64,000 nucleotides of DNA from Polyangiaceae bacterium. GTDB taxonomy: Bacteria > Myxococcota_A > Polyangia > Polyangiales > Polyangiaceae. Location of the stretch: the NCBI GenBank assembly GCA_035063585.1, contig JAPSGB010000004.1, positions 32,001-96,000 of the forward strand, read 5' to 3'. The translations under genes were made by a program, and so were the position numbers. The notes below the pieces were generated by a model. The model was not told the origin of the DNA. It saw only the letters and a program-made list of their open reading frames with translations, and made no database searches. Shown here in pieces: positions 29,944 to 41,513 of this stretch. Position 1 is the stretch's first letter. Every line of letters starts with the position of its first letter.

Positions 29944-31278
29944 TCATCCCTCACCCTCGACCAACGCGCGGTGCAGCGAGCGCACCGCGCGGCTCACGTC
30001 TCGTCCGTCGATCACCATGCTGAGGTTGATGGCGCCATGCCCGTAGCTCATCATCTCGACATTCACCCCCGAGTCGGCGACCGCGCGCAGGATCCAGGCG
30101 CCCGCGCCTGGGTGCGCCGGCATCCCCTGGCCGACCACCGAGAGCACCGCCTTGCCGGTCGCGAGCCGGCACGCGCCGAGCGCCTCGAACTCGGGGAGCG
30201 CGCGCTGCACCTCCGCGTCGTCCGGCATGGTGAAAGAGACGCTGATCTCGGACGTGCTCACCAGATCGATCACGATCCCATTTCGAGCCGCGACCGCGAA
30301 GATCTCCGAGAGGAACCCGCGCTCCCCGAGCATGCGCGGCGAGCTCACGGTGAGCACGCTCTGGTTCTCCTTGTACGCGACGCTGGTGACCGCGCGATCG
30401 GGCTCGCCGAGCGTGCGCTCGATCACGGTGCCCGGGTGCTCGGGCCGGTTGGTGTTGAGCACGCGGACCGGGATCTCGTTCGCGGTCGCCGGGACCAGCG
30501 TCGCGGGGTGCAGCATCCGGCTGCCGAAGTAAGCGAGCTCCGCCGCCTCGTCGAAGCTCATGCGCGCGATGCTCTGGGCCTCCTCGACCAGGCGTGGGTC
30601 GGCGGTCATCACGCCGTCGGTGTCGCTCCAGATCTCGACCTCGCGCGCGCCGAGCGCGGCGGCAAATAGCGTGGCGGTGAGATCGCTGCCGTTGCGCCCC
30701 ACGGTGGTGAGCTCGCCGACCGCGCTCTTGCCCACGAAGCCGGTGACGATCGGCACCACGCCCGCGGGCACCAGCTCCGCGAACGCGCTCTTCACGCGTC
30801 CCTCGAAGCCGGGCAGCGGCCGCGCGGCACCGAACACGGAGTCGGTGACGAAGCCGAGCTCCCAGGCGTCGTAGGCGCGCGCCGGGAGCCCGCTCGCGGA
30901 AAAATACTCGGCGATGACCCGCACCGCCATCCGCTCGCCGAAGCTCGAGACGTAGTCGAGGCTCCGTCGGCTCAGCTCGCGGACCAGCCGGATGCCGTGC
31001 AAGAGCTCGGTGAGCTCGTCGAAGAGCGGCGCGAGCGTGGCCTCGCCTACCCCGAGCTCCCCCGCGATGGCGCGCTGCGCCTCGACGACGGCGCTCCCCG
31101 CCCGCTCGTCGCCGCGCGCGGCGGCCTCGCCGGACGCGATGAGCGCGTTGGTGATGCCCTTGTGCGCCGACGACACCACGATCGGGCCCCGCGCGAGCCG
31201 CCCGCGGACGATCCCGAGCACCTTTTCGATTTGAGCTCGATCGGCGACCGAGCTGCCCCCGAACTTCATCACGAGCAT
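29944..31278 (-). CDS. lysC: Aspartate kinase
   Basis: [25 protein letters not shown], two ACT domains ([10 protein letters not shown]). Confidence 0.95.
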   Translation of the reverse strand: MLVMKFGGSSVADRAQIEKVLGIVRGRLARGPIVVSSAHKGITNALIASGEAAARGDERAGSAVVEAQRAIAGELGVGEATLAPLFDELTELLHGIRLVRELSRRSLDYVSSFGERMAVRVIAEYFSASGLPARAYDAWELGFVTDSVFGAARPLPGFEGRVKSAFAELVPAGVVPIVTGFVGKSAVGELTTVGRNGSDLTATLFAAALGAREVEIWSDTDGVMTADPRLVEEAQSIARMSFDEAAELAYFGSRMLHPATLVPATANEIPVRVLNTNRPEHPGTVIERTLGEPDRAVTSVAYKENQSVLTVSSPRMLGERGFLSEIFAVAARNGIVIDLVSTSEISVSFTMPDDAEVQRALPEFEALGACRLATGKAVLSVVGQGMPAHPGAGAWILRAVADSGVNVEMMSYGHGAINLSMVIDGRDVSRAVRSLHRALVEGEG

Positions 31279-31303
31279 GGCGCAAATCTCCGGCGAGCCG
31301 CGC

Positions 31304-31322
31304 GGTTCCGCGCCGGACCGGC
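31304..31322 (+). repeat. Dispersed REP-like repeat copy
   Basis: GGTTCCGCGCCGGACCGGC between ahcY and lysC. Confidence 0.7.
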
Positions 31323-31360
31323 AAGGGACCAGGGCCCGTCCGGCGCGGGGCGGCGCGCGA

Positions 31361-32800
<1,440 letters not shown>

Positions 32801-32807
32801 CTTCAAT

Positions 32808-33794
32808 CTACCTTCTTCGTTGGGGGTTTCGGTCGTGTTCCGGGCGCGTTCCGAGCACCCAAAGCCAGCCGATGTGCGCGTCGGGGCCGCTCCGCGGATA
32901 GGGCGGGATCTCTCCGAGCGCAAGCTCCGCGAGCCCGGCGTCCTCCGCGAAGCCGCGGAGCTCGTCGGGGGAGAAGCCGAGCCAGACGTCCGCCTGCGCC
33001 TCGCGCATCGCGTCGTCGTCGTGGCGCGCGTAGTCGATGACCAGCACGCGCCCGCCGGGGCGCGCGAGCCGCGCGAGCTCGAGGAGCGCGGGGCGCGGGC
33101 GTGGCGCGTGGTGGAGCACTCGCGCCGCCACCACGAGGTCCGCTCCGGGGCCGAGCGCCGCGCGGACCGCGCGCCCGTCGAACGGCTCGAGGACCAGCTC
33201 GACGTTATGGTAGCCGCGCGCATGCACCCGCTGGCGGGCGCGAGTGAGCTGCGCCTCGCTGCGGTCGACGGCGACCACGCGATGGAAGAGCGGCGCGAGG
33301 AGATCGAGGAGCGCGCCGTCTCCGGTGCCCGCGTCGACCGCGAGCTCGCGCGCGGGCAGCAGCGCGCCGAACGCGGCTAGATACGACGGCAGCTCGGGCG
33401 CCAGCCCGATCTCGCCCGACCTCGGCTCGGCGAAGAACTCCCGCGCGCGCGCCTCGCGCTTCTGCACCACCTCGGCCACCCGCGCGAGGCTCCCGTCCTC
33501 GACGCAGAGCCTCCGTCCGGCGCCGAGCGCGTCGATGATGACCGGATCCTTGCGCGCACCGCCCGCCAGCCGCACGAAGGTGCGGTTACCCTGCTTGCGA
33601 TCGGCGAAGAGCCCCGCTTGCCGGAGCTGCGCCGCGTGCCGGGACACGTTCGGCTGCGCCTCGTCGAGGAGCTCGGCGAGCTCGCCCACGCCGAGCTCCT
33701 CCTCGGCGGCGAGCGCGAGCAGGCGGAGGCGCGTCGGATCGCCGAGCAGGCGGTAGAGGTGCCACCGCGAGTCGCTGTCGAGGGCCGGCTGCAT
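32808..33794 (-). CDS. sahR: ArsR HTH plus SAM-methyltransferase-domain regulator (SahR-like)
   Basis: [10 protein letters not shown]...[25 protein letters not shown]; immediately upstream of ahcY. Confidence 0.85.
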   Translation of the reverse strand: MQPALDSDSRWHLYRLLGDPTRLRLLALAAEEELGVGELAELLDEAQPNVSRHAAQLRQAGLFADRKQGNRTFVRLAGGARKDPVIIDALGAGRRLCVEDGSLARVAEVVQKREARAREFFAEPRSGEIGLAPELPSYLAAFGALLPARELAVDAGTGDGALLDLLAPLFHRVVAVDRSEAQLTRARQRVHARGYHNVELVLEPFDGRAVRAALGPGADLVVAARVLHHAPRPRPALLELARLARPGGRVLVIDYARHDDDAMREAQADVWLGFSPDELRGFAEDAGLAELALGEIPPYPRSGPDAHIGWLWVLGTRPEHDRNPQRRR

Positions 33795-33810
33795 CGCGCG
33801 GGGAGTCGTA

Positions 33811-33832
33811 TGCGTTCATGCACATGAACGCA
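33811..33832. promoter_or_regulatory. Perfect 10-2-10 palindrome, candidate operator of the sahR-ahcY operon
   Basis: TGCGTTCATG-CA-CATGAACGCA, 17-38 bp upstream of the sahR start. Confidence 0.65.
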
Positions 33833-33869
33833 AGTGCTCACGCAACACACTTGAATCATTCATATTTTG

Positions 33870-33887
33870 CTGGTTCGGCGCGGAACC
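33870..33887 (-). repeat. Dispersed REP-like repeat copy (variant)
   Basis: GGTTCCGCGCCGAACCAG on the minus strand. Confidence 0.55.
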
Positions 33888-33938
33888 GCAAGGGACGGGC
33901 GGCGCGGCCGTCGCGATCCCGGGGTCGAACGACGCGGC

Positions 33939-34505
33939 TTAGCGGCGCTCGTCCCAGTCGAGCAGGATGGTCAGCGCGGTCGCGCTCGCCCCCATGAGCC
34001 GCATGCGCGGGCGCGTCCGCTTCATGAGCAGGAAGAACACGTTGAACCCGGCCTCATAGACGAGGTGATAGAGCGGGTCGTCCGAGTAGGGCATGTCGTG
34101 GACGTGAATCGTCGCCGAGGTGCGCTCGACCTCCACGGTGACGTGCGGGGGGCCGCGCCGGATGGCGCTGAACACGGTCGGGTAGCGGCGAAGGAAGAAC
34201 CCGGGCGAGGTCACGCCGAGCAGGGCGCGAAAGAACCGCTTCATCCCGAGCGTGAGCGCAAACTCGAGAAACTCGAGGAACCGCTCCCGGTCGCGGTCGC
34301 AGATCTCGGACCAAATCGCAGTGACGAGGTCGTGCAGTGCGACCTCGGGGTACCACCCCGACGTCAGCGGCTCCTCGAACACCCGGCGCGTCGCCTCCGG
34401 CAGGGCTGCCGTAACCCGCGCGAGCGCGCCGGGCTCCGCGCGCTCCACGAGCGCGTCGCGCGCCGAGACGAAGTATACCCCCTTGACCTCGCTCGTCGCC
34501 GCCAT
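33939..34505 (-). CDS. Hypothetical protein, VKG...WYP family (paralogue of 57806-58363)
   Basis: Host-like codon usage; shared motifs with the second copy. Confidence 0.75.
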   Translation of the reverse strand: MAATSEVKGVYFVSARDALVERAEPGALARVTAALPEATRRVFEEPLTSGWYPEVALHDLVTAIWSEICDRDRERFLEFLEFALTLGMKRFFRALLGVTSPGFFLRRYPTVFSAIRRGPPHVTVEVERTSATIHVHDMPYSDDPLYHLVYEAGFNVFFLLMKRTRPRMRLMGASATALTILLDWDERR

Positions 34506-34507
34506 GC

Positions 34508-34810
34508 TCAGCCCCCATCGACGAGCTGGCGCGCGAGCGTCTCACCGAGCGCGGCGGTCGCCGCATGGTCCTCGATTCTCGGCGGGACTCCGCCCGCGCC
34601 CGTGAAAGCGATGTACGTCACGCCGCTCGAGGCGCCGCCGGCCGCGCCGCCTCGACCTGAAGCCCCTGAGCGACCCGCGGCTCCCCCACCGCCTGCGCGG
34701 CTGCTCGTTCTGGCGCTGCTCGACGCGCGGTCGCCGGTCGGGTCGCCATCGCTGCTCGAACCGGCCGCCACGGCCAGCAGGGAGAGCCCCGCTAGAGCCT
34801 CTCGTCTCAT
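34508..34810 (-). pseudogene. Possible short or degenerate secreted-protein remnant
   Basis: Signal-like start (LSLLAVAAG), Gly/Ser linker and short tail; ends 2 nt before the next gene. Confidence 0.25.
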
Positions 34811-34901
34811 CCACTCCTCCGCCGGCAGGCTAGGCGTTTTCGTAGCGGATGTCACCCAAGCTCCGGCCGCCTGTGCGCGCTCGAGCTCCTCTTGGCCTCG
34901 G

Positions 34902-36239
34902 TCAAGGTTCAGGCGCGAGGGTGGCGGCGAAGTGACGCAAGACCGGCGGCTCCTTCACGATGCGGTAGCCCCGGAGCGAGCCGAGCCGCGCGGCGACCCG
35001 CTCGGCCGTCTCGATGACCCAGTCGACGTGGCTCGCGGTGTAGACGCGGCGCGGGAGCGCGAGCCGCACGAGCTCGTGGCGCGCGGCGTCGCCGAACATG
35101 AAGGAGCCGACCTCGACCGAGCGCACGCCGCCCTCGCGATAGAGCTCGACCGCGAGTGACTGCGCGGGGAACTGGGCCGGAGGGATGTGCGGCAGGGCGC
35201 GGGCGGCGTCGACGAACACCGCGTGGCCACCGGGCGGCTCCACGATGGGGAGCCCCGCCTTGCGGAAGCCGGCCGCGAGATAGGCGACGGTCGCCTCGCG
35301 GTAGCGCAGGTAGTCCGGCTCGAGCGCCTCGTCGAGCCCGATCGCGATGGCCTCGAGGTCGCGCCCGGCGAGCCCTCCGTAAGTGGTGAACCCCTCGGTG
35401 AGGATGAGCAGCGTCTTGAACCTCTCGGCCCAGTCGTCGCGGTTGGTGGCGAGCACGCCGCCGATGTTGACGATGCCGTCCTTCTTGGCGCTCATCGTGC
35501 AGCCGTCCGAGAGCGCGAACATCTCGTGCGCGATCTCGCGCGGCGAGCGACCGCCCTGCCCGGGCTCGCGGCGGTGGATGAGCCAGGCGTTCTCCGCGAA
35601 GCGGGCCGCGTCGAGGAAGAGCGGGATCTGCTCGCGGTCGCATAGCTTGCGTACCGCGCGCAGGTTCTCGAGCGAGACCGGCTGCCCACCGGCCGCGTTG
35701 TTGGTGAGCGTCATCATCACCAGCGGCACGCGCGCGGGGCCGGCGAGCCGGCGCTCGAGCGCTGCGAGATCCATGTTCCCTCCGAAACCGGGCGCATCGA
35801 CGATCGGGATGTCGTCGGCGACCCCGCCCACGTGCTCGAGGTTCGCCCGCGTGGTGTCGAAGTGGGTGTTGTTGGGGACGACGTCGCCCTTCTCGATGAT
35901 CGCCTCGAACAGGATGCGCTCGGCGGCGCGCCCCTGGTGCGTCGGGAAGATGTGCCGGTACCCGGTGATGCGCCGGAGCGTGGTCTCGAAGTGCTCGAAG
36001 GAGCGGCTCCCGGCGTAGGACTCGTCTCCGCTCAGGAGCCCGGCCCACTGGTGATCGCTCATCGCGCCGGTGCCGGAGTCCGTCAGGAGATCGATCGTGA
36101 CCTTCCACGCGGGGAGCTTGAACAGGTTGTAGCCGGCCTCGGCGAGGAGCGCCTCGCGCTCGGCGCGCGTCGTGAAGGGAAGCGGCTCGACGGCCTTGAT
36201 GCGGAAGGGCTCGATGACGGTGCGAAAGGTGTCGTCCAT
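34902..36239 (-). CDS. tnaA: Tryptophanase
   Basis: IDLLTDSGT, HQGRAAE, SAKKD (PLP Lys), RLALPRRVYT. LRHF rather than LRFF favours tryptophanase over tyrosine phenol-lyase. Confidence 0.88.
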   Translation of the reverse strand: MDDTFRTVIEPFRIKAVEPLPFTTRAEREALLAEAGYNLFKLPAWKVTIDLLTDSGTGAMSDHQWAGLLSGDESYAGSRSFEHFETTLRRITGYRHIFPTHQGRAAERILFEAIIEKGDVVPNNTHFDTTRANLEHVGGVADDIPIVDAPGFGGNMDLAALERRLAGPARVPLVMMTLTNNAAGGQPVSLENLRAVRKLCDREQIPLFLDAARFAENAWLIHRREPGQGGRSPREIAHEMFALSDGCTMSAKKDGIVNIGGVLATNRDDWAERFKTLLILTEGFTTYGGLAGRDLEAIAIGLDEALEPDYLRYREATVAYLAAGFRKAGLPIVEPPGGHAVFVDAARALPHIPPAQFPAQSLAVELYREGGVRSVEVGSFMFGDAARHELVRLALPRRVYTASHVDWVIETAERVAARLGSLRGYRIVKEPPVLRHFAATLAPEP

Positions 36240-36347
36240 GGGGGTGTCTCGCGGCGACGCTGCCCTACGACGGCGAGGCCCGTCAAGCAGCGACGCGGAG
36301 GATGCGCGCGCGCTCCGTGAAGCGCGCACGCGCGGGGTGAGCCCGCG

Positions 36348-38366
36348 TCATTTCAGCGGCGCGAGGGTGACGTCGGTGACCGCCTGGCACTTGATGTCGA
36401 CCGTCTGCCCGACGCTCAGCCACCTGCCGAGGGGGTTCTCGCCGACCCGGGTGTAGCGCAGACCGCAGCGTGTCCGGAGCTTCTGGTTGGCCTGTCCCGC
36501 GGCGATGCCGGTGAGATACACCTCGCCCGCCTCGGCGAAGCGAACCACGAGGTAGCCCTCGTTCACGGGGAGCTTCGAGCCGTCCTCGCCGGAGAGCTCG
36601 CTCGCAGACGCCGCGGACGGCGTCGCCTCGGGCGCGCTCGCGGGCGGCGCGGCCTCGGGCGCGCTCGCGAGCGGCGCGGACGGCGCCGTATCGGCGGCGC
36701 TCACCGGCGGCGCGGCGAGCGCTTCATCGAGCGCGCTCGCGGGCGGCGCGGCGGTCCTCGCGGCCGACCGGAGCGCCAGCGCGCCACCGACCGCCGCGCC
36801 CACGACGACGAGCGCCGCCACGGCGAGCGCAGCGTGAGAGCGACGCTGCGCGGGCGCAGGCCGCGGCACGCGCGGTGGCCCGCTCGCCTGCGATACGGGT
36901 AGCGGCGGCGGGACCGCAGGAGCCGGCTCCGTCACGGGCGGCAGGGCGGCGGGAGCCGGCTCCGTCACGGGCGGCGCGACGGGCGAGGCCGCTTCGGCGG
37001 CTGGCGCGGGCGGCGGTGTCGAGAGCGGCGGCGCGAGCGAGACAGGCGCGACGTCGAAGGACTCGTCCGGCGCGGCGAGAGGTGGCGAGGGCCGGGGCGC
37101 GGTCTTCGCCAGAGTGGGCTTTGGGGGCGGCCTCGACTTGACTCGCGCCGCGGCGGGCGCCGGGGCTTGGCGGCGCGTCGCCGCGCCGGTGAGCTCGATC
37201 GCGGGAGCCGAGGGCACCGGCTCGGTGAGCGACTCGAGCTCGGGCCGCGACGCCCGCATGAGTCCGCCCGGCCCAGCGCGTTCGGCGAGTGAGGCGTAAC
37301 CCTCGTGCCAGGCAGCGAGCCCGTTGCCCATGCCTCCGACCAGCGTCACGCCGAACCCGGCCGGCCCGGAGGCGGTGGCGGTCGCGCCGAAGCGCTGCCG
37401 CCACACGACGCGGCCCTCGAGCCTGACGCGCGCCTTGCTCCGCGGCGGACGCAGCTCGAGCCAGAGCTCGTCCGCCTCGACGGGAGCGAGCGTGCGGACG
37501 TAGAGCCCGTCTTGGCTGACGTTATACGAGAAGCCGATCTCATCGTCGTCCGCGCCGGCGGCGCGGAACCACACGAGCGTCCCGTGCAGCACCCGATCGC
37601 TCTTCCGCCCCGAGTTTCTGCCCTGCTCGGCCAGCTGGTTGGCGGTGAAGAGCACATTCTCCGGTGGCGCGAACGCGCCGACCACCGCCACCTGCTCGAG
37701 GTGCGCGACGGCCTCGGCGAGCTCCGAGAGCTCACGGCGGGGAGCGGTAATGACCCAGCTCGGCGCACCCCGTCGCTTCCGCGACGCCTCGGCCAGCTTC
37801 ACCACCGACTCGAGCTCGGCGCTCGCCACGATCAGGCCGAGCTCCTTCTTCTCCGAGTAGTACTCGAGCGCGCGCGCGTCGAGCGCGAAGCGCACCTCGT
37901 AGCCCGCGTTCGAGAGCACGCGCCCGATGACGTCGCGGCGACCTGCGTCCGGATCGGCGACCACGGCGCGCCCTCGCGCCGGCGGAGGGACGAGGGACTC
38001 GTTCGACGGGGCGAGGCGGAGCCGCGCGATGAGCCCGGCCCACGCGCTGCTCGGGACCACGTCGTCGGCGCCCATGGCGTATAGCTTCGCCACGTACGGG
38101 TCGTCGAGCTCGGAGGCGAGCGCGATGAGCGGCACGGCGGCAAGCTGCTTCTTGCTGCGCAGCTTCTGGCAAGCCTTCTCGACCTTTGGGATGGAAGGCT
38201 CGAACACCACCGCGCGCGGCTCGTGCTGCTCGAGCCAGGTGAGCGCGGCGCCCGTGTCCTCGAGCACGACGAGCTCGAGCTGGTCGGCGGTCGCGATGAC
38301 CCCGAGCTTGCGCTTACGCTCGGCTTCGAGCCGAGCGATGAAGAGGAGGCAGCGCGGCGCCGGCAT
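36348..38366 (-). CDS. Two pseudo-receiver domains + PilZ + Pro-rich linker + TM + small C-terminal domain
   Basis: REC-like folds (AMGADDVV; RAVVADPD), PilZ RKSDR and NVSQDG, TM ALAVAALVVVGAAVGGAL. Confidence 0.75.
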   Translation of the reverse strand: MPAPRCLLFIARLEAERKRKLGVIATADQLELVVLEDTGAALTWLEQHEPRAVVFEPSIPKVEKACQKLRSKKQLAAVPLIALASELDDPYVAKLYAMGADDVVPSSAWAGLIARLRLAPSNESLVPPPARGRAVVADPDAGRRDVIGRVLSNAGYEVRFALDARALEYYSEKKELGLIVASAELESVVKLAEASRKRRGAPSWVITAPRRELSELAEAVAHLEQVAVVGAFAPPENVLFTANQLAEQGRNSGRKSDRVLHGTLVWFRAAGADDDEIGFSYNVSQDGLYVRTLAPVEADELWLELRPPRSKARVRLEGRVVWRQRFGATATASGPAGFGVTLVGGMGNGLAAWHEGYASLAERAGPGGLMRASRPELESLTEPVPSAPAIELTGAATRRQAPAPAAARVKSRPPPKPTLAKTAPRPSPPLAAPDESFDVAPVSLAPPLSTPPPAPAAEAASPVAPPVTEPAPAALPPVTEPAPAVPPPLPVSQASGPPRVPRPAPAQRRSHAALAVAALVVVGAAVGGALALRSAARTAAPPASALDEALAAPPVSAADTAPSAPLASAPEAAPPASAPEATPSAASASELSGEDGSKLPVNEGYLVVRFAEAGEVYLTGIAAGQANQKLRTRCGLRYTRVGENPLGRWLSVGQTVDIKCQAVTDVTLAPLK
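36919..36975. repeat. Direct repeat (24 bp, period 33) inside the Pro-rich linker
   Basis: GGAGCCGGCTCCGTCACGGGCGGC at 36919 and 36952, encoding PPVTEPAP twice. Confidence 0.8.
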
Positions 38367-38535
38367 GCGAGGCTCCCATCCTAGCCGCCCCCGGTCCTCG
38401 CGCGAAAGCGGCGAGCGCGCGAGCGAGATCGAGCGGCAAATCCCCCGGGGAAATCTCGCGAACCGCGCGGCGGAGGGCGCCTGCGCGGCCCGCGCGCGGC
38501 GAGCGACGTGGTACGCTCGGCGGCTAGAGGTTTTC

Positions 38536-40701
38536 GTGCGCCAAACTCTCACGTCGCTCGCGCTGGTCTCACTCTTCGGCCTGTCCGCCTGCGGTGGCGA
38601 CGACTCGACCGGCGGCGCGCCCGCCCGGGCCACGTCGGTCGCACGCTTCTCGCTCGCCGAGCGCGGCCCGCTCGCATTCCTCGACCTTCCGTTCCCGAGC
38701 GATCTCTACTTGGACGAGAGCGGCCACGCCGACATCGCGAGCCCGGCCGAGAGCACGCCCGCGCTCGACCTCGCGTTCGCGCTCCTCCGCGAGCGGCGCG
38801 GCTTCTGTCGCGGCTGCAGCATCACCTTCCCGATCGAAGGCGCGCTCGAGCCCGAGTCGCTCCCGGGAGATGCCGGGCCGGACAGCGTGGCGAGCCTCGA
38901 CGACGCCATCGTGCTCACACGCGCGGATGGCACCGGGGAGCCCGTCCCACTCGAGGTCGACTATGACACGGTCGACTCACAGATCGTGGTGCGGCCGCGC
39001 TACGGCGTCATCCTCGAGCCGGCGACCGAGTACGTCGCCGTGCTCACCGACGCCATCCGCGCGGCGGACGGGACCGCGCTCGGCCCGGACGACGCGTTTC
39101 GGCGAGCTCGCGACGGCGGCGGAGACGCGGCCGCCCGGCGCGCGCGCGCCGTCATCGCGCCGGCGCTCGACGCGCTCGCGCGGGCCGGCCTGTCGCGAAA
39201 GCGCGTGGTGAGCGCCGCGGTCTTCACCACGGACGACGAGCGCTTCATGCTCGAGGCGATCGCGCGCGAGGTCGCGGCCGCCCCCGCGCCGAAGCTCACC
39301 GTCGAGCGTGTCATCGCGGAGGCGGGCGGCGGCCTCGACGAGCTCCTCGGCAAGCCGTCCGAGGCGCGCCCGGGCACCGACAACCCGCCCTCCGACGGCG
39401 TCGGCACCGAGAGCATCGTGCACGACGCCATCGCCTTCGTGGTGCTCGGCACCTTCCAAACCCTGCGCATCGTGAGCGGCGCAGGCACCGAGATCGGCAC
39501 GCCGCGCCGCAGCTCGGACGGCTCCTTCGACGCAGGTCCCACGCCCGAGACGGTGCCCTACGTGCTGGTCGTCCCGAAGAGCGCCGATCTCGCGCACCTC
39601 CCGGTGGTGTTCGCGCACCCCGGCTTTCCCTCGACCAAGGCCATCGCGCTCCACGTGGGCAACACCTTCGCCAAGCTCGGCATGGCGACGCTCTCCATCG
39701 ATCCGTTTCAAATGGGCCACCGCGCGACGAGCGCGAAGGATGAACAGCTCGACTTCCGCGGGATGCCCGGCGCGGACGGCTTCTACGAGCACAGCGACAC
39801 CTCGGTCGAGCTCCACGTGCTCGCTCAAGCGGGCGCGGCGCCGGGTCACCAGGGTGATCTCGCGTACGTGCTCGGCTTCTTGTCGCAGATGACCAGCGAC
39901 GCGGCCATGAGCGTCAAGCTCATCCGCGAAGGCGACACGAGCGCGGTCGGTGCGGCCGAGCCCGGGCTCGCCGGGTTCGCGTTCGACCCGAGCAAGCTCT
40001 TCTACCTCGGGCAGTCCTTCGGGGCCTCGATGGGCATGATGACGCTGCCCATCCTACCCGCGGTGAACGCCGCCATCTTGAGCGTCGGCCCGCCCGACAT
40101 GATCGAGAACAGCTGCAACGGGCCCGGCAACCGCCCCGGCTTCGAGCTCATCACGGTGAACCAGCTCGGCCTCTCGCGCCCCTTCGAGGAGGCCGGGCGG
40201 CGGCTCGCGATGAACCCCCGCATGAACCTCGTCTCTTGGGCGACCGAGCCGCTCGCGCCGAAAAATACGCTTCGCTATCTCTTCGATCATCGCCTCGACG
40301 ACGCGCCGCCGCCGGACGTGCTCTTCTTCTACGCCGAACACGACGAGCTGCTCGGCCAGACGAGCGGCGAGGAGATCATGGGCATCGCCGGCGTCCCGGT
40401 GCACGGCCCGACCATGCTCGCGAACGTCGCGCCGCTCACCGCGCCGCTCTCAGCCAACCGCCAGACTCCCACCGGCGCCGTCACCGCGGGCGTATGGATC
40501 CACGACTCGAACCACTCGCTCATCCGGCAGAAGCACGTCGAGCTCGACTACCAGACGCCGTTTTTCCCGCCCTTCGAGCGCCTCGCGAGCCCGCTCGCGC
40601 ACGAAAACCCCATCGAGCAGGCCCACGCGCAGATGTCGGCGTTCTTCGCGACGCGACTGGCGAGCGGCCGCGCGCAGATCATCGACCCCGCAGCGCCATG
40701 A
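38536..40701 (+). CDS. Lipoprotein, alpha/beta-hydrolase (extracellular lipase-like) with Ig-like N-terminal region
   Basis: Lipobox LSA-C, LPFPSDLY, VVFAHPG, GQSFG nucleophile elbow. Confidence 0.75.
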   Translation: MRQTLTSLALVSLFGLSACGGDDSTGGAPARATSVARFSLAERGPLAFLDLPFPSDLYLDESGHADIASPAESTPALDLAFALLRERRGFCRGCSITFPIEGALEPESLPGDAGPDSVASLDDAIVLTRADGTGEPVPLEVDYDTVDSQIVVRPRYGVILEPATEYVAVLTDAIRAADGTALGPDDAFRRARDGGGDAAARRARAVIAPALDALARAGLSRKRVVSAAVFTTDDERFMLEAIAREVAAAPAPKLTVERVIAEAGGGLDELLGKPSEARPGTDNPPSDGVGTESIVHDAIAFVVLGTFQTLRIVSGAGTEIGTPRRSSDGSFDAGPTPETVPYVLVVPKSADLAHLPVVFAHPGFPSTKAIALHVGNTFAKLGMATLSIDPFQMGHRATSAKDEQLDFRGMPGADGFYEHSDTSVELHVLAQAGAAPGHQGDLAYVLGFLSQMTSDAAMSVKLIREGDTSAVGAAEPGLAGFAFDPSKLFYLGQSFGASMGMMTLPILPAVNAAILSVGPPDMIENSCNGPGNRPGFELITVNQLGLSRPFEEAGRRLAMNPRMNLVSWATEPLAPKNTLRYLFDHRLDDAPPPDVLFFYAEHDELLGQTSGEEIMGIAGVPVHGPTMLANVAPLTAPLSANRQTPTGAVTAGVWIHDSNHSLIRQKHVELDYQTPFFPPFERLASPLAHENPIEQAHAQMSAFFATRLASGRAQIIDPAAP

Positions 40702-40726
40702 CCTCCGCCGGCGCCGCCCGTGAAGC

Positions 40727-41428
40727 TCAGCTCGCGGCGCTGACCGCCGCGATCTGCTCGAGCGCGGGCAGGTCGATGATCGAGATCCGCCGCCCGCGCG
40801 CGACGACGCCGCGCTCGCGCAGCTCCGCGAGCGAGCGCGAGAGCGTCTCGGGGCGCATCCCGAGCACGCGCGCGAGGAGCTGCTTCTGGATGGTGATGGC
40901 CTGGTCACCGAGGCCGGCCACGTGTCGGCTCAAGAGGAAGCGCGCCACACGCTGGGTCGCGCTCCCCTCGAGCGCGATGCGCTCGGCCGTCTGTCGCGAG
41001 GCCTCGCGGAGCGCGAGCGTGAGCACCACGCCCTGCGGCGACGCCATCGGGCCGACCCAGGACTTGAAGTCCTTCGCGCTGAGCGCGCACACCTTGATCT
41101 CGGTGAGCGCGTGCGCCTCGCACACGGAGGGCTCGCCGAGCAGCGCCTCGAGCCCGAGCAGCGCGCCCGCGCCGCGCACCATGCAGGTCCCGGCGGCGGC
41201 GCCCGTGGTCACGCTGAGCAGCACCTGCCCCGAGCGGAGGTACCACGTCGCCTCCGGAAGGCGGCCCTGCTCGAGCAGCACGGTGCCCGCCGGCTTGATG
41301 GTCTCCTTGAACGGGCAGGCGTTCGGCGCCGAAGCGAGCCCGAGGACGCAGGTCGCGCACTCCGATTTCGGCCCCGCGCCGCTCTCCCCTGCCCCGTCGT
41401 CTCCTTGAACCACTGGAAACATCTTCAT
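40727..41428 (-). CDS. Crp/Fnr family regulator with FNR-like cysteines
   Basis: CATC-x10-C, AHALTEIKVC (FNR Cys122-like position), HTH LGMRPETLSR. Confidence 0.85.
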   Translation of the reverse strand: MKMFPVVQGDDGAGESGAGPKSECATCVLGLASAPNACPFKETIKPAGTVLLEQGRLPEATWYLRSGQVLLSVTTGAAAGTCMVRGAGALLGLEALLGEPSVCEAHALTEIKVCALSAKDFKSWVGPMASPQGVVLTLALREASRQTAERIALEGSATQRVARFLLSRHVAGLGDQAITIQKQLLARVLGMRPETLSRSLAELRERGVVARGRRISIIDLPALEQIAAVSAAS

Positions 41429-41469
41429 AATTGCAACATAGAGGTTCCCCCCTGGAGCCCGCCTGTCAA

Positions 41470-41483
41470 ATGACTTTCGTCAG
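41470..41483. promoter_or_regulatory. FNR/Crp-like box between the divergent fnr-like and radical SAM genes
   Basis: aTGAC-TTTC-GTCAg palindrome, resembling TTGAT-N4-ATCAA. Confidence 0.45.
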
Positions 41484-41513
41484 GTATTGGGGCGCTCGCC
41501 CCCAGCACGCGCC

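Noticed and set aside
32801..33223. Apparent N-terminal extension or fusion on AhcY
   Set aside because: Alternative frame overlapping sahR; AhcY homology begins at ATG 32800.
33795..33938. SAH/SAM riboswitch upstream of sahR-ahcY
   Set aside because: No recognisable consensus by eye and a protein-operator palindrome explains the region; an Rfam cmscan would settle it.
36600..36980. Short tandem repeats in the PilZ gene as a separate element
   Set aside because: In-frame low-complexity Pro/Ala linker duplications.
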